From the NCBI GenBank assembly GCA_013265495.1, contig MU060767.1, positions 5,195,546 through 5,259,545 on the forward strand: a stretch of DNA of 64,000 nt, read 5' to 3'. Positions 27,639-64,000 of the stretch are shown piece by piece. Position 1 is the first letter of the stretch. The number at the start of each line of letters is the position of its first letter. The notes under the pieces were generated by a model, which was not told the origin of the DNA, did not search any database, and saw only the letters and a list, made by a program, of their open reading frames with translations. The position numbers and the translations under genes were made by a program. The stretch comes from Vicugna vicugna. Taxonomy: Eukaryota.

Positions 27639-28847
27639 ATGAGGCGGAGGCTGCGCCTACGCAGAGAAGCGTCGCTCACGCTGCTTCTCGGCGCCGCCCT
27701 CGGCCTCCTCCTCTACGCGCAGCGCGATGGCGCGGCCCCGACGACAAGCGCGCCGCGAGCTCAAGAGGGGGCGGCGCTGCAGCCCACCGCGGGGCTCCGT
27801 GTATTCCCGGCACCCGACGCGGGTGCAGCCCCGCCGGCCTACGAAGAGGACACGCCGCAGCCGCCCACGCCCACGGGACCCTTTGACTTTGGTCGCTATC
27901 TGCGCGCCAAGGACCAGCGGCGCTTCCCTCTGCTCATTAACCAGCCGCAGAAGTGCCGAGGAAATGACGCATCTGCCGGCGGACCTGACCTGCTCATCGC
28001 CGTTAAGTCGGTGGCGGCGGACTTCGAGCGGCGCCAAGCCGTGCGCCAGACGTGGGGTGCTGAGGGTCGCGTGCAGGGGGCGCTTGTGCGCCGGGTGTTC
28101 CTGCTGGGTGTGCCCAGGGGCGCAGGCACGGACGGGGCAGACGCGGAAGGGGCGGGCACGCAAACGCACTGGAGCGCTCTGCTGCGTGCTGAGAGTCGAG
28201 CGTACGCAGACATCCTACTCTGGGCCTTCGACGACACTTTTTTCAACTTGACGCTCAAGGAGATCCACTTCCTGGCCTGGGCCTCCGCCTATTGCCCCGA
28301 CGTGCGCTTCGTTTTTAAAGGCGACGCCGACGTGTTCGTGCATGTGGGAAACCTGCTGGAGTTCTTGGCGCCGCGGGACCCGGCGCAGGACCTGCTTGCG
28401 GGTGACGTGATTGTGCAGGCGCGGCCAATCCGGGTGCGGGCTAGCAAGTACTACATTCCCGAGGCTGTGTACGGCTTGCCCGCCTACCCGGCCTATGCAG
28501 GCGGCGGTGGCTTCGTGCTCTCAGGGGCCACACTGCGCCGCCTGGCTGGCGCCTGCGCGCAGGTTGAGCTCTTCCCCATCGACGACGTCTTTCTGGGCAT
28601 GTGTCTACAGCGCCTGCGTCTCACACCTGAGCCGCACCCTGCTTTCCGCACCTTTGGTATCCCTCGGCCTTCAGCCGCGCCGCACTTACGCACCTTCGAC
28701 CCCTGCTTTTACCGCGAGCTTCTTGTAGTGCACGGGCTCTCCGCTGCTGACATCTGGCTTATGTGGCACCTGCTGCACGGGCCGCGTGGGCCAGCCTGTG
28801 CGCATCCATGGCCTGTCGCTACTGGCCCTTTCCAGTGGGGCCCTTAG
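27639..28847 (+). CDS. B3GNT9: UDP-GlcNAc:betaGal beta-1,3-N-acetylglucosaminyltransferase 9 (GT31 family), 402 aa, single coding exon
   Basis: [25 protein letters not shown] type II membrane anchor. GT31 motifs ([31 protein letters not shown] Dx[17 protein letters not shown]). The true ATG is at 27639; the ORF-track start at 27600 is intronic. Confidence 0.97.
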   Translation: MRRRLRLRREASLTLLLGAALGLLLYAQRDGAAPTTSAPRAQEGAALQPTAGLRVFPAPDAGAAPPAYEEDTPQPPTPTGPFDFGRYLRAKDQRRFPLLINQPQKCRGNDASAGGPDLLIAVKSVAADFERRQAVRQTWGAEGRVQGALVRRVFLLGVPRGAGTDGADAEGAGTQTHWSALLRAESRAYADILLWAFDDTFFNLTLKEIHFLAWASAYCPDVRFVFKGDADVFVHVGNLLEFLAPRDPAQDLLAGDVIVQARPIRVRASKYYIPEAVYGLPAYPAYAGGGGFVLSGATLRRLAGACAQVELFPIDDVFLGMCLQRLRLTPEPHPAFRTFGIPRPSAAPHLRTFDPCFYRELLVVHGLSAADIWLMWHLLHGPRGPACAHPWPVATGPFQWGP

Positions 28848-29770
28848 CCACTTACCACAGCACCCAGCTCCCCTCATTCAGACCCAGGATGTAGTGGGAG
28901 GTGGTTTTAATGGTAGGTTTCCCAGGGCGGATTACTGCGGTGTGTATGGTTCTTCCGCAGAAAAGGGCGTGAGTTCAGGATCCAGCCCCATTATCACCAG
29001 GAGTCTGCCTCCTCAGGGTCTCAGGGATTGAAGATTGAGCTTGGCTCCTGCTGACCTACCCTAATGGGAGGTGATCTGGAACCAATCAAATGGTGGCTCT
29101 TGAGATGGGCAGGGATGAGGTGGTGCACCATCAGGCTCTTTGCCAAGCGGGTAAACAAGTTTGGTGCTCCTAGTAGGGATGTGTGTGTGGTGGGAGTGGC
29201 AGAGGCTCATGGAATCTGACCATACTCCTTGGCTTGGAATTCTTAGGGCAGACAAATGCAGGTCTTTCTCAAGGATGGCCCCACAGGGAGGGGCAGGGGT
29301 AGGGACCTGACCTCAGTCCTCATGGGACTGGCAGGCATTCTCCCACAACTCAATCTGAAAGTAGGTGTTTTGCTTCCTACCTGTCCCTTCAAAGTGGATT
29401 CTTAACCCTGTCCAGGTCTTTAGTTTTCCTACTGTCTGCTTTCCTGGGGCCAACTCCTGAGCCCTGGACTGGATGGAGCACCAGGGATGGAGACACACAG
29501 GGACTGAGGGCATTGTCCTACCTAAAGTCTTTCACCACCTCCAGCTACCCACTGAAAAAGAACCTACAACCACAAAACAGAGTCTCCTACTGGAGGCCAT
29601 GCTGCCCCCTTCAGAGAAGCCAAGGAACCTCTTTTCCTAAGATGACTTCACTATAAATTTCCCCATATTCTTCAACCACCCCCTTTTTCATCCCTCCCCA
29701 AAAAACAATGCCTCCATGCTTATTTTAGTACAAACACCCCAGCAACAGCATATTGCTGAGGGCATAGGTC

Positions 29771-29776
29771 TTTATT
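29771..29776 (-). terminator. PHAF1 poly(A) signal AATAAA
   Basis: TTTATT on the + strand, about 1.33 kb after the PHAF1 stop. Confidence 0.65.
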
Positions 29777-29974
29777 GGAGGAGGGGTGTGGGCAGGGCAT
29801 GAGGAAGGTTCCCCCATTCTACGAGGATGGGAACAGTCCTGGCTGCCACACAGTGGGATGTGCAGGGTGTCTCTGGCCAGGCCACAGTCCACATGGGAAG
29901 ACACTAATCAGTCACAAAGTCATGGGAATGCCACACAAGCCTGGCTATATGCCCAGGAACCACAAAGGAGCCCG

Positions 29975-30192
29975 NNNNNNNNNNNNNNNNNNNNNNNNNN
30001 NNNNNNNNNNNNNNNNNNNNNNNNNNNNNNNNNNNNNNNNNNNNNNNNNNNNNNNNNNNNNNNNNNNNNNNNNNNNNNNNNNNNNNNNNNNNNNNNNNNN
30101 NNNNNNNNNNNNNNNNNNNNNNNNNNNNNNNNNNNNNNNNNNNNNNNNNNNNNNNNNNNNNNNNNNNNNNNNNNNNNNNNNNNNNNNNNNNN
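29975..30192. other. Assembly N-run (218 nt) in the B3GNT9/PHAF1 3'UTR overlap
   Basis: N bases. Confidence 0.95.
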
Positions 30193-30379
30193 TTCCTTAG
30201 TAAGTCCCATGAAGAGACTGAGCAGCCAGCCCTCCTTGAGCCCCAGAGGCCTTGAGCCATGAATGGGCCTGGCCAGGAGACACTGCCCTGGCTTGGGACA
30301 GCGAAGCCAAGCCCATAGTGCAGAACAGAATGCTGAAACACAACAAAAGGAGGAAGATGTCTTTGGCTAAAACTTTGGC

Positions 30380-30389
30380 ATTAAATAAA
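30380..30389 (+). terminator. B3GNT9 poly(A) signal (overlapping ATTAAA/AATAAA)
   Basis: ATTAAATAAA; first visible canonical signal after the B3GNT9 stop. Confidence 0.65.
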
Positions 30390-31108
30390 ACAGGCAGACA
30401 AGATGGAAACATGCAGCCCCGCCAGCCAGGTTGGGCAGAGTAGGGGCACAGGCAACCCTGAAGGCTCGCTCCAAGAGGGGTGGGAACCAGGTCTGGGCAC
30501 ATAACTCAATGGTAGAAAGTTGTTTCAACCACCTGGGTGTGCCTACTGGGCCTGGCAGAGAGCGCGTGCAAGAAAGGAACAGGGAAGGGCAGGTGGGCCA
30601 CCTTGGGCACAGCCAGCTCATCAAGTAACTAAAGTGGATGTAGTGCAAAAGTCGCAACCAAGTACTGTGGACATGCTACCTGCTTGCCTTAAGGGTAATG
30701 TGGCAATGTTGGGCCAAAGGCAGGACCTTGTCCTCGTCCTGGGTTCCTGTGTCCTCAGCCACAGAAAGAGCCCCAAGTTTTCCCAATGTGTATGGGACAG
30801 GGGAGACAGAACCCTGCCTCCTTACATTAGTAGAGAGCTCCTGGGTCCAGGTATCAAGGCTCAGTTTGTGCTTCTCTCTGCAGTCTGCGTCCCCTGTTGG
30901 CACCAGCAGGCTGAGAACAGACAGAGGAATATCTGGCTCTCTCACCCCATGGCATAACATCCAGCCTGAGCCCCACCTCAGAACATCACAACAGCCCTTC
31001 CATACTGGTAAGGTGTCCGAGAAAACCCACAGGGTAGCACAGGGAGGCCCACTGGACAAGATGTGAAGCACAATTCCGTGGGGCAGAGGGACATGGGTGG
31101 TGATGTCC

Positions 31109-55420
<24,312 letters not shown>

Positions 55421-56849
55421 CTGCTGCAGCTGCCTCTAGTTGTCCAGGAATGACTCGTCCACCTTGCAGCCCTTGGGGCTTGGGTCGAACTCAAAGCAAA
55501 TGAGGAGTACGTGTATAGGGGCGGGGGTAAGTTAGGGGAGAGGACTAGGTAGGGGAGAAGCTAACCTCCAGGAGTCGACCTCCTGGCCGACTATTTTGAG
55601 TCTGGCGCAGCCCCGGGGGCTGGAATCCGGGGGCCGCTGGCAGCAGCTCAGTCTCAGCCAGAGCCAGCTTTACTGCCAACGCTGTGTGGTTTTGACCAAA
55701 CCTCTGGTGCTCTTTGTGTCTCATTTCCTCAGTTACAAGTCTGGAGTAGGGAATCCTCTAGACTATTCAGCTTGAGCTTTTGGCCAGTGCCCTGGGATAC
55801 TCTAAAACTGAAAGGCAACCAGACTTCTCCTGGAGCCAACCCTTCATGGATGCAGCATCTGGACTCTCACACCACCCTGAGATGTTAAACTGGTTATACT
55901 TCACTTTACAGGTGAAAAGAGAATGAGGCCCAAAGAGGCTAAAGGCCTCGTGGTCCTAGGCAGGAGAACTCAAATTCTTTCCATGACATTGCCCCTGGAA
56001 GAAGACTTGTAGCAGGGAAGACAGTGACATGCTAAATTTTTAAACTGGCTTGTAGGAGTGTAACATGGGAGGCTCTATCAAAGCTTGAAGTCACTACTAC
56101 TGGCATTAAAACAAACATGGAGAAGGATGTCCATTTGCAGCACCCTATGCCAAAACAATAGAACTAAGTCATTGATCAGTAGGGAAGTGGCTAACTAAAC
56201 CCTGATATATGTATAGAGATATATAATGATAGGATATATATATAATAGGATTCGTTTTAAAAAAAAGTATATCCTTATATGCTGATGTGGAAGGGGCTCT
56301 AAGAGAAAAAAGCCAGGTGCAAAATTGTATAGTATGACCCATTTTTTCCCCTGTAAAAACAGAAATAAAAGAAACATTGGTCACACCAAAAAAGGGAGAA
56401 CATTTCTTGAAAGATAAACAAAAAATTGTCAGTTATACCTAATATGGGGAGGAGGGAGAGGCTGGGGATAAGGGAGACATTTACCTCTTACCATGGTGGG
56501 CAAGTGTTAAAGATGTTAGGAAAGGTTAGTTGGACAGCTGGCCTAGGTAGTGTAGGAAGGAGACATGAAAAAAGCCTCCTTATGTTGGTGAAGAGTAATC
56601 TTAGTCAATTTGAAATGTCTAAATTGAACTCAAATCCAACCAGACTAGGAATGATTCTTCTATTTAAAAAACACTTGGAGGGACTTATTTCTGGTAAACC
56701 AAGGAGGGGAGGGCAGCCTGGGTGGGGGTGTAAGCAAAGAAGGAGGAAAAGAAAGCCACACACTATGGATAACGTGATGAATAAAATTAGTATTTTATGG
56801 CAAAATGAAAAAAATTTAAGCATAAAATTTAGGCCTCATCCCTCCCCTT

Positions 56850-57194
56850 AGTGTGTCTTGTGCATCAGTATTAACCAGATCTCCTTAGGAGATAACATCC
56901 TTTTTAATTTTATCAAGGGTCACAACTCCTTGAGATAACCTTCCTTTGTCCTGTAAGGGGCTATGCTGACCCACTGCCCGCCATGTACGATTCTGGATTG
57001 TGCGAACTGTCAATAATACATCATTTAATGTACAGCCTTCTGTCTCAAAACTTATATAATTGTGCTTTGACCTGTAATGGGTGGAACAGTTCTCAGAGCT
57101 TTCTGAGAGCTGGTTCCTGGGTTATAATCCTCAATTTGTCTCAAATAAAATTTTCTATCTCTTTCTTAGATTGACTAATTTTTTTTTGTCAACA
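56850..57194 (+). mobile_element. ERV1-like LTR (3' portion / solo LTR)
   Basis: TATATAA at 57053-57059, AATAAA at 57144-57149, T-rich U5 ending ...GTCAACA. The 5' boundary and TSD were not resolved. Confidence 0.55.
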
Positions 57195-58170
57195 GTAAAA
57201 AGGATTTTTAGTTTGGGAAACCCAAGAACCAGGAAGAACAAGGTTGGGGAGGCCCCTAAGAAATTGACTAATATCTTTGTTGGGTTAATAGGCAGATAGA
57301 TTACTGTGAACAATGTCGGTCAACAACAAATGGTTATATTTGCTCATTGTGCTATCCCCAAACCTTGGGCTTAATTATAATCCACTCAGGTTTTCGTCAG
57401 GGGTAGGAGTGACACTTTGGGATGGTGGTCTGGGAGGAGGCTAGAGCCCAGAGCTTGGTATACAGAGCAGGAGCAGGAGATGCCTCAGGAGAGTAGGAAA
57501 ACTTGGGAGAATGTCAGCAACTGCTATTCCCTCAAACAGGGTGGGGGTGTTCAGAAACACTGAACTGGCTGTTGGTGGACTGTTAAGACTATTCAGGGAG
57601 TCAGTCATCAAGGTAGTTCAAGGCATACTTGCAGGGACAGCCTCAGGTTAGAGTATAGTGAGTGGTTAAGCACATGCATTGGGAATTTGATCCTAGTTCT
57701 GCCACTTTATAATTTTGTGCCTTGGCAAGTTACTTAACTTCTCCATGCCTTAGTTTCCTCGTTTCTAAAATGACTGTAACCTCACAGATTTGTTAGGAGG
57801 ACTGCACTTGTAAGAATGTCTTGAGTTATGGTAAAAGCTTTGTGTGTAAATTTAAAAAATAGTCTAACAGTGACAGAACTGATGGAATCCACTGGCAGGA
57901 CCTACAGATTGGATATAGAAGATGAAGGAGAAAAGAAGTCAAGGATAAAAACACAGGTTTCTAGCTTTGGGTAGCTGGACAGATGGTGGTATCACTCAGA
58001 CAGGAAAGTGGCTAGAGAAACTGACACTGGAGGCTGGAAGGATGCCAACTCCTCTGTTAAAACTCATGTGTCGTAATTTAGGTGATGATTTACCAAGTTT
58101 GAAGCCTCAGTGAACAGCTCGGAAAACAGAATCTTAGTACCATGATTACTATTGATTGTACTTGTCAAGG

Positions 58171-58190
58171 CACACACACACACACACACA
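58171..58190. repeat. (CA)10 microsatellite
   Basis: Read directly. Confidence 0.95.
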
Positions 58191-58529
58191 AAAGGCCAAG
58201 GATGGGGCCGTGAGTCATGAAAAGTGATGAACTGGTGAGTCCCTCTCAATCAGCCTTACAAAGAACACTCCCCTTTCAAGGCAGAGGGCCCTCAAATGGT
58301 CTCCCCAATGACATGTCATAAAAGATCAATGATTTTATTCTTCCCTTCTGAATGGAAGTGTTCCCTGCACTTTTCCTGCCCCTATTTCATCACTGTATAT
58401 TGGCTGTGTAGATGGCAGATCACCAGATACCCTAGAATTTTAGCCCAATGCCCGACCAGCTAGGACTTTCAGGTTGTCTCCCATGGTAGATACATTTTCT
58501 TGATAGAAGGATAGTAAAATTAAATATTT

Positions 58530-58876
58530 AATAATTCAAAGGATGGTATTAGAGCTGCTCACAAATGGTCTGTTTCCAGGGCAAAAGGTAGGATTGCAGT
58601 TCCCTGACCAGTTGAAGCTGGAAATGGCCCTGTGATTTGCTAGGTCCAATGAAATGTAAACAAAAGTCTCATGTGTCAATTTTAGGTGACAGTTTTAAAA
58701 GTCAGTGTCTATTTCATTACACTATCTTTTTGACTCTGTCACATGGCTGGCAATGTTCCAGTGATGGCTCTGTCAGGTTAGGTCAATCACCGATGGGTAT
58801 TTAGCAAGTAAGAGATAAGTCTTCAAGTCAATAAAATTTGGCGGGTTTTAGGCAACACAACCAGCCTATCCAGATA
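58530..58876 (+). mobile_element. Degraded MaLR LTR (MLT1I/J-like)
   Basis: CCAATGAAATGTAAACAAAAG and a terminal CAACCAGCCTATCC motif. Approximate. Confidence 0.45.
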
Positions 58877-59629
58877 AGAGAAACTGGGAAAATTGTCAGT
58901 TATGCCTCCTGTACTTTTTTGCAAGGTTTCTGTGCCCACTAAGCTACTCTCAATCTCCCTACTGGGTCACCATAGGATCAATGGGACTGATTTGCTGCGT
59001 CTAGTCTTGTTCTCTCCAATCAACCAAAAATGAGCTTTACCAAGCACCTATTCCCTCAAACTCACAATGCATCAGTGGCTTACTGTTTGCCCTTGGGAAT
59101 GGTCCAAACATTTTAACATGGCTGGAAAAATCCATCTAGCACTGCTTGTGACCTCACCCTGGCCTGTGCTGACCCTTTCAGAGTCATCTCACGGCTGCAG
59201 CCCCCTTTCATTCCATGTCCCAGTCATACTCAACTGCACTTAGTTTCTCAAACTGGCCATGCTACGTGTAATATTTTTGTCACCTTCTCAATGCTGGTGT
59301 AATGTCTGCCATCCCCCAGATCTCAGCTCAAATGTCTCAAGGAAGCTTTTTTTTTGACCACTCAGACCAAATAGACATATCTCATAACAGCCAGAACTTT
59401 CAATATAACTTAAATGTTACTGCTTTGGTTAGTTTTTGAGCTAGACTGTAGGTTCCCTGAGGGCAGGAACCATGTCTATTTTGGGCATAGGATATACACT
59501 TTTACCCGAAATGATCCTAGGGGATAAAATCATATCATACTTTGTTTTAATCTTTTTTTTTAAACAGTAATAGTAAGCCTCAACATTTTCCTTTTCTTTA
59601 TCTTTCCTTTTGGTTGTATGATCTGTGCC

Positions 59630-60050
59630 CACCTACAATTTTAATATTGATGTGAGCTAGTATACACAATTAAAAAGTTTCTATTAGCGACATTAAAAAT
59701 GAAAAAAAAATTTGATGTATTTTAACCCAATGTATCAAGTATCAGTGTAACTCAGTATATAAAATATTACTTTAATATGTAATCAAAATTAAAAAGTAAG
59801 TATTTTTTGTTATCTATTTTGTTATCTGGTGAGTATTTTACACTAGCAGTTCATCTCAATCTGGACACTAAATTTGCAAAAGCCAGTGTGAAATGCAGTC
59901 CTCCTAAAACAACATTTTGTTTAACAGAAAAATATTTAACCCTGCCTTAGTTTTTAAATTAACAAATAAAAATTCAGTTTCTTGGTTGTACTAGCCACAT
60001 TTCAAGTGCTTGATTGCCACACATGGCTAGCACCTACCTTACTGAACATC
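59630..60050. mobile_element. MER33/MER3-like hAT-Charlie element
   Basis: CTAGCCACATTTCAAGTGCT...GCCACACATGGCTAG terminal motif. Confidence 0.6.
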
Positions 60051-60488
60051 ATGGATATACATTTATCTTTTCTAATCAAAAATTTCTCCCGTTATCTTAT
60101 CTTCTCACATTTCCCAATGTTTCTGAAACCTGAATAAGGCTAATAATGACTTTAACTCCAAGTTGCTTAAACTATTCTAACCAAAAGCTGAGAGTTGACT
60201 CATACAGTGACATATCTGTTTTAGAGTATCCTAAATTTAAATGAACCAAATTGCCATTTCCACCCATGGTTCCATCCTAAAAATATTTTCTAGACTTGGA
60301 TCATTTTTGAAATACCATATATGTTTATACCATGGTGATGCAAGAAAGGGAATTGATGCTATCTGGGGGGAATAGTGCCTTGAAATATGCCTGCAGAAGA
60401 CTGAAATCTTACCTTTAGAGAATGTTTGGGAGATCAAAACACTGATGTCTTGTAAATACTCAGATATATATTTATATGGCAATATAGC

Positions 60489-61007
60489 TGTGGTTTTAAA
60501 AACCTGTTCACACTCTTTGCCCCTCTTTCAGTGTGAGCCTGACCCCATGATTCACTTCTACCATACGGAATATGGCAGCCCAAGATTAGGTTAAGATGTG
60601 ACTTTCATCTTAGGCATGCACTCTTCCTTGGACCACAAGGGGAAAGCCAGCTCCTAAGCTGTGAGCTGCCATTTGGAGACACCCATGTGGCAAAGAAATG
60701 AAGAAGGTCTCTACCCATAACAACCAGCAAAGAGTCAAGGGCTTTCATCCACTAATCTGCAAGAAAATGATGCCACTCGATGGCCAAATGAGTGGGCTTT
60801 GAAGGGGATCTTTCAGCCATGGTTAAGCTTTGAGATGACTGTAGCCCAGATTGACAACTTGACTCTTAACTTCGGAAGAGACCTCAGATTAGACCACTGG
60901 GTTTAGCATCTTCCAGATTTTTGACCCACAGGAACTGTGAGATGTTTATTGTATTAAGGTGCTAAGTTTTGGGGCAATGTGTTATGCAGCAATGGATGAT
61001 TCATACA
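60489..61007 (+). mobile_element. MaLR solo LTR (MLT1E/F-like)
   Basis: TG...CA ends; TGACCCACAGGAACTGTGAGA and CTAAGTTTTGGGGCAATGTGTTATGCAGCAAT...ATACA 3' motif. Confidence 0.7.
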
Positions 61008-61769
61008 GTGGCTTATCACTTGAACAAGCTCCGCAGTGCCAAATGAGGCATAAATCAAATAAGATTATCTCTTTTCTCAGGCAGCCCCAAACTAACATAT
61101 CCAAATGCTTATCTCTGGAGGTGATATACTTACTGAACCCATGATGCTACTACTGCTCAAATAATTTTTTGAAATAAACCCTCAAAGTATGAATCCTATT
61201 CTTTGAAACTTTTCTTAATAGTGTGAATTCAGCATTTAAAGGTATTTGTTATTTGAAGTAAGTCTGGTGATAAATAAGTAATTTTTTTTCTTACGGATCA
61301 AGCTTATGGCACGCTTCTAAAGTAAAAGATGTAGGAATATGCCAAGAAAAGTCCTAATAATGTCTGATATAACACCAGCACAATCAAATTGGGTATATAT
61401 TCCTAGAATGACTAGCTTGAAAGATGGAAGTTATTTGGATGTGCAATTTTTGGAATTCTTCATTTCCTCCAAGGTCACTACTCTATAGTTATAGAGTCAT
61501 ACCCTCACAGAATAGGTAAATCAAGCCAGGTTTTTTGAAAAGTGTAATAAACATTGGGAAATTACTATTCTTTGTGATATTTACATTAAAGATTTTCTTT
61601 GGAATTAACAGAAATGACCACTAGATGCCACTGTTGCTGGCAGCGGTTTTTTTAAGGCTAAAAAGCAGGATGCAAGAACAGTTCAGAAACAACAAAGTCA
61701 ATTTTTATGTCATAACGAACACCAGAACAGAAATTGTTGGATTATGACAATAAAGAGTCAAGACCCAGA

Positions 61770-63969
61770 AGTTCACTACACAGAAGTTTATTGTGAAAGT
61801 AAATTAAACAAACAAACACACAATATGGCTAATGGTGGCAAAAGCAATCTGGTAGCTTAAGGCAAGTTTTGATGGAGATGAATTTAGAAAACATGATGCA
61901 ATGATGTAATTTTGTTTAAATATAATTATGGAAAAATATCAAATTGCATCAATAACTTAATAAAAGTAGTTTTCAAAGCCTGCACTATTGGAGAAAAAGG
62001 GCTCATGATCTTAATGCCAGCATTAAGACAGATGGAAGCAACACAGTGCTAAATGACGGGGAAAATTCAGTATTTACAGAAGGGTGGCAACATGAACACT
62101 TAATAACATCTGATCTTAGTTACTGGTGGACTGAAAGCTCTTAGCTAGACAAAATAGAGAAAAATGTACCATCACCATCATGTTATTAAAAAAATTTAAG
62201 TGCAGAAGTCAAAAATCAAGGAGCCCTGTGATAAAGTAACCTTAAAACATCACTGTAAGGACCATTTAAAAGGCAATTCCCTTGGGAAATTAGGGCACTA
62301 AATGTGTAAACATGTGAGCTGCACAACACCAAATACCAACCAAATTCATTTATAGTACTTAGTTACACAAGATCAGCATGGTCTTTCATGATGCATTATT
62401 GTTTATAACACTTTAAACAACTCCTTACCATGCATGATGACTTCAAATATATAACAAATATTTTTATTCCGAGACACAGGATATGTTTATGAATTATAAG
62501 ACCTATATACAAGAAAGTCACACCTCCCTCACCTATCAAGTATATATAAACATTTTAAATGCAATGACCTTATTCAGACTTCAGTTCATTTTCTCAATTG
62601 ACCATGTCAGTTTTCAAACTCTTTAAAATAATGTCATTCTATTATGATAAAATACATTTTTGCAAAAATTCAGAAATGTAGTTAACATTTAGTGAATGTG
62701 ACCATGAAAAATATTTGTAAGGAGGTGCCAAATGACTTAGCACTTTTTTCCAGTCTTGTATTAAAAAAAAGGTTGCAATCAATTTGACAGTGAGCCTATT
62801 TAAAAAATATTCTTATACTAATTCATCTCAAAAGGTTCTATTAATAGTCCTTTTGGAAAATACCATATATATAACCTGTGGTTTTTTTTTCCAGAGTAAT
62901 TAATGGAAGAAAATGTTTCCTCTGCACAGATGAACATTTTCTAAGAAATCTTTCATCATTCAGCATTGTTTTTNNNNNNNNNNNNNNNNNNNNNNNNNNN
63001 NNNNNNNNNNNNNNNNNNNNNNNNNNNNNNNNNNNNNNNNNNNNNNNNNNNNNNNNNNNNNNNNNNNNNNNNNNNNNNNNNNNNNNNNNNNNNNNNNNNN
63101 NNNNNNNNNNNNNNNNNNNNNNNNNNNNNAAAAAAAAATCCCTGAATAAAACAGAAGCCAGCCTGCGACTTCTTTTAGGTATTTCAGTAGAACATTACCA
63201 TCTATGGAGAATATCTCCACACAAACTCATGATTACAGAACAGAATCTAAAACAGATCTGGGGCAGATTAGAGTTAATACCAATTAAAAAATTTTATGTT
63301 TAAAAAGGAAAGAAAAGGAGCTGATTATCAACATTTAAAAGGATACTGTAACTTTAACAACTGTAAACTTTGTGTTAGAAGGCTGTGGCAGACAGCTCTA
63401 TGCTACCAGGTTTTTTTAGTTTGTAAATAATGCAAACCATCAGCAGTTTTAAAATGACATAGGCTATAAAAACACAAAAGGAAATGGGGGAAACAAAACA
63501 AAAAACCAAGAATGCTTATCTAAAATGAAGCTGTATAACTAATATGTCTAAAATTACAAAAACAAACAAAAAAAACAAAAAAACTCAACTGACTGGGGGA
63601 AAACCCTCTGATAAAAATTTTAATTTCTTGACTTGTTTTAAAATGACATGAACTTTTAAATTAAAATGGAGGAAAAAAAGAGCTTTACAAGTGGATAGTT
63701 TCAACTCACTAAAATAATGCCAACAAGGTAAGCTTGCATAGAAAAAAATTTCAAATTATTACTGGCTACATGCATACAAAATTAGAAATGCAGGTATTAT
63801 ATCATAGTGCAAAACCATAGCAGTTTGTGATGTCTTGTTACTGCCTAAGGTTGAGAAATAGACCGTAGTACCTCCAGTTATCACAGTTTCTGGTCTTTTA
63901 ATCAATTATTTCTGCCAACTAGAAACAACATATATGTAAAGATGGGGGGGGGCACATCTGTGCCACTAA
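61770..63969 (-). other. CBFB: CBFB 3'UTR (contains N-run 62974-63129)
   Basis: AT-rich, repeat-free region directly after the CBFB stop codon; consistent with synteny. Confidence 0.75.
61787..61792 (-). terminator. CBFB distal poly(A) signal AATAAA (proximal candidate at 62463-62468)
   Basis: TTTATT on the + strand at the end of a roughly 2.2-kb AT-rich 3'UTR. Confidence 0.6.
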
Positions 63970-64000
63970 TTAACGAAGTTTGATATCATCACCACCACCT
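63970..64000 (-). CDS. CBFB: C-terminal codons of core-binding factor beta (187-aa-type isoform), partial: ..GGGDDIKLR*
   Basis: Reverse complement reads A GGT GGT GGT GAT GAT ATC AAA CTT CGT TAA, matching the remembered CBFB end SNLGGGDDLKLR. It sits next to PHAF1, as expected from synteny. Confidence 0.9.
   Translation of the reverse strand, partial: GGGDDIKLR

Noticed and set aside
27657-28877. Antisense and off-frame ORFs over B3GNT9, and the TTG-started extension from 27600
   Set aside because: Shadow ORFs. The extension lies upstream of the acceptor at 27618, in the intron.
29775-30341. ORFs containing X runs (also near 11.5 kb, 38.2 kb and 62.9 kb)
   Set aside because: Created by translating N bases as non-stop codons.
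61615-61633. CTCF-like TGACCACTAGATGCCACTG downstream of CBFB
   Set aside because: Mismatch at a core G (GCC instead of GGC); cannot be supported without a PWM score or ChIP data.

Overview
This is mammalian genomic DNA, most likely camelid (full-length tRNA-Ala-derived Vic-1-type SINE at 40432-40564). It is syntenic with the human 16q22.1 cluster, shown in reverse orientation: MATCAP1/KIAA0895L (+), NOL3 (-), HSF4 (-), FBXL8 (-), TRADD (+), B3GNT9 (+), PHAF1/C16orf70 (-), and the last codons plus 3'UTR of CBFB (-). All seven complete CDSs were rebuilt exon by exon with GT-AG introns and consistent phases. Two of the four N-runs hide coding sequence (part of HSF4 coding exon 9 and PHAF1 exon 8). 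No CRISPR, rRNA or real tRNA gene was found. The most notable unexplained signals are: (1) a perfect 20-bp L2-derived hairpin in PHAF1 intron 8 that gains an 11-bp lower stem only on the transcribed strand (candidate lineage-specific miRNA); (2) a strong 5' splice site 4 nt upstream of the FBXL8 AATAAA, and a weak HSF4 poly(A) signal whose downstream element doubles as a 3' splice site (possible FBXL8>HSF4>NOL3 read-through chain); (3) an out-of-frame uATG opening a 100-codon spliced ORF over the HSF4 DNA-binding domain; (4) an array of donor-like pentamers in the PHAF1 5'UTR; (5) tandem HIF sites plus AP-1 upstream of NOL3, and a truncated Nop30 frame. Comparisons to human proteins and repeat-family names come from memory, not from a database search.
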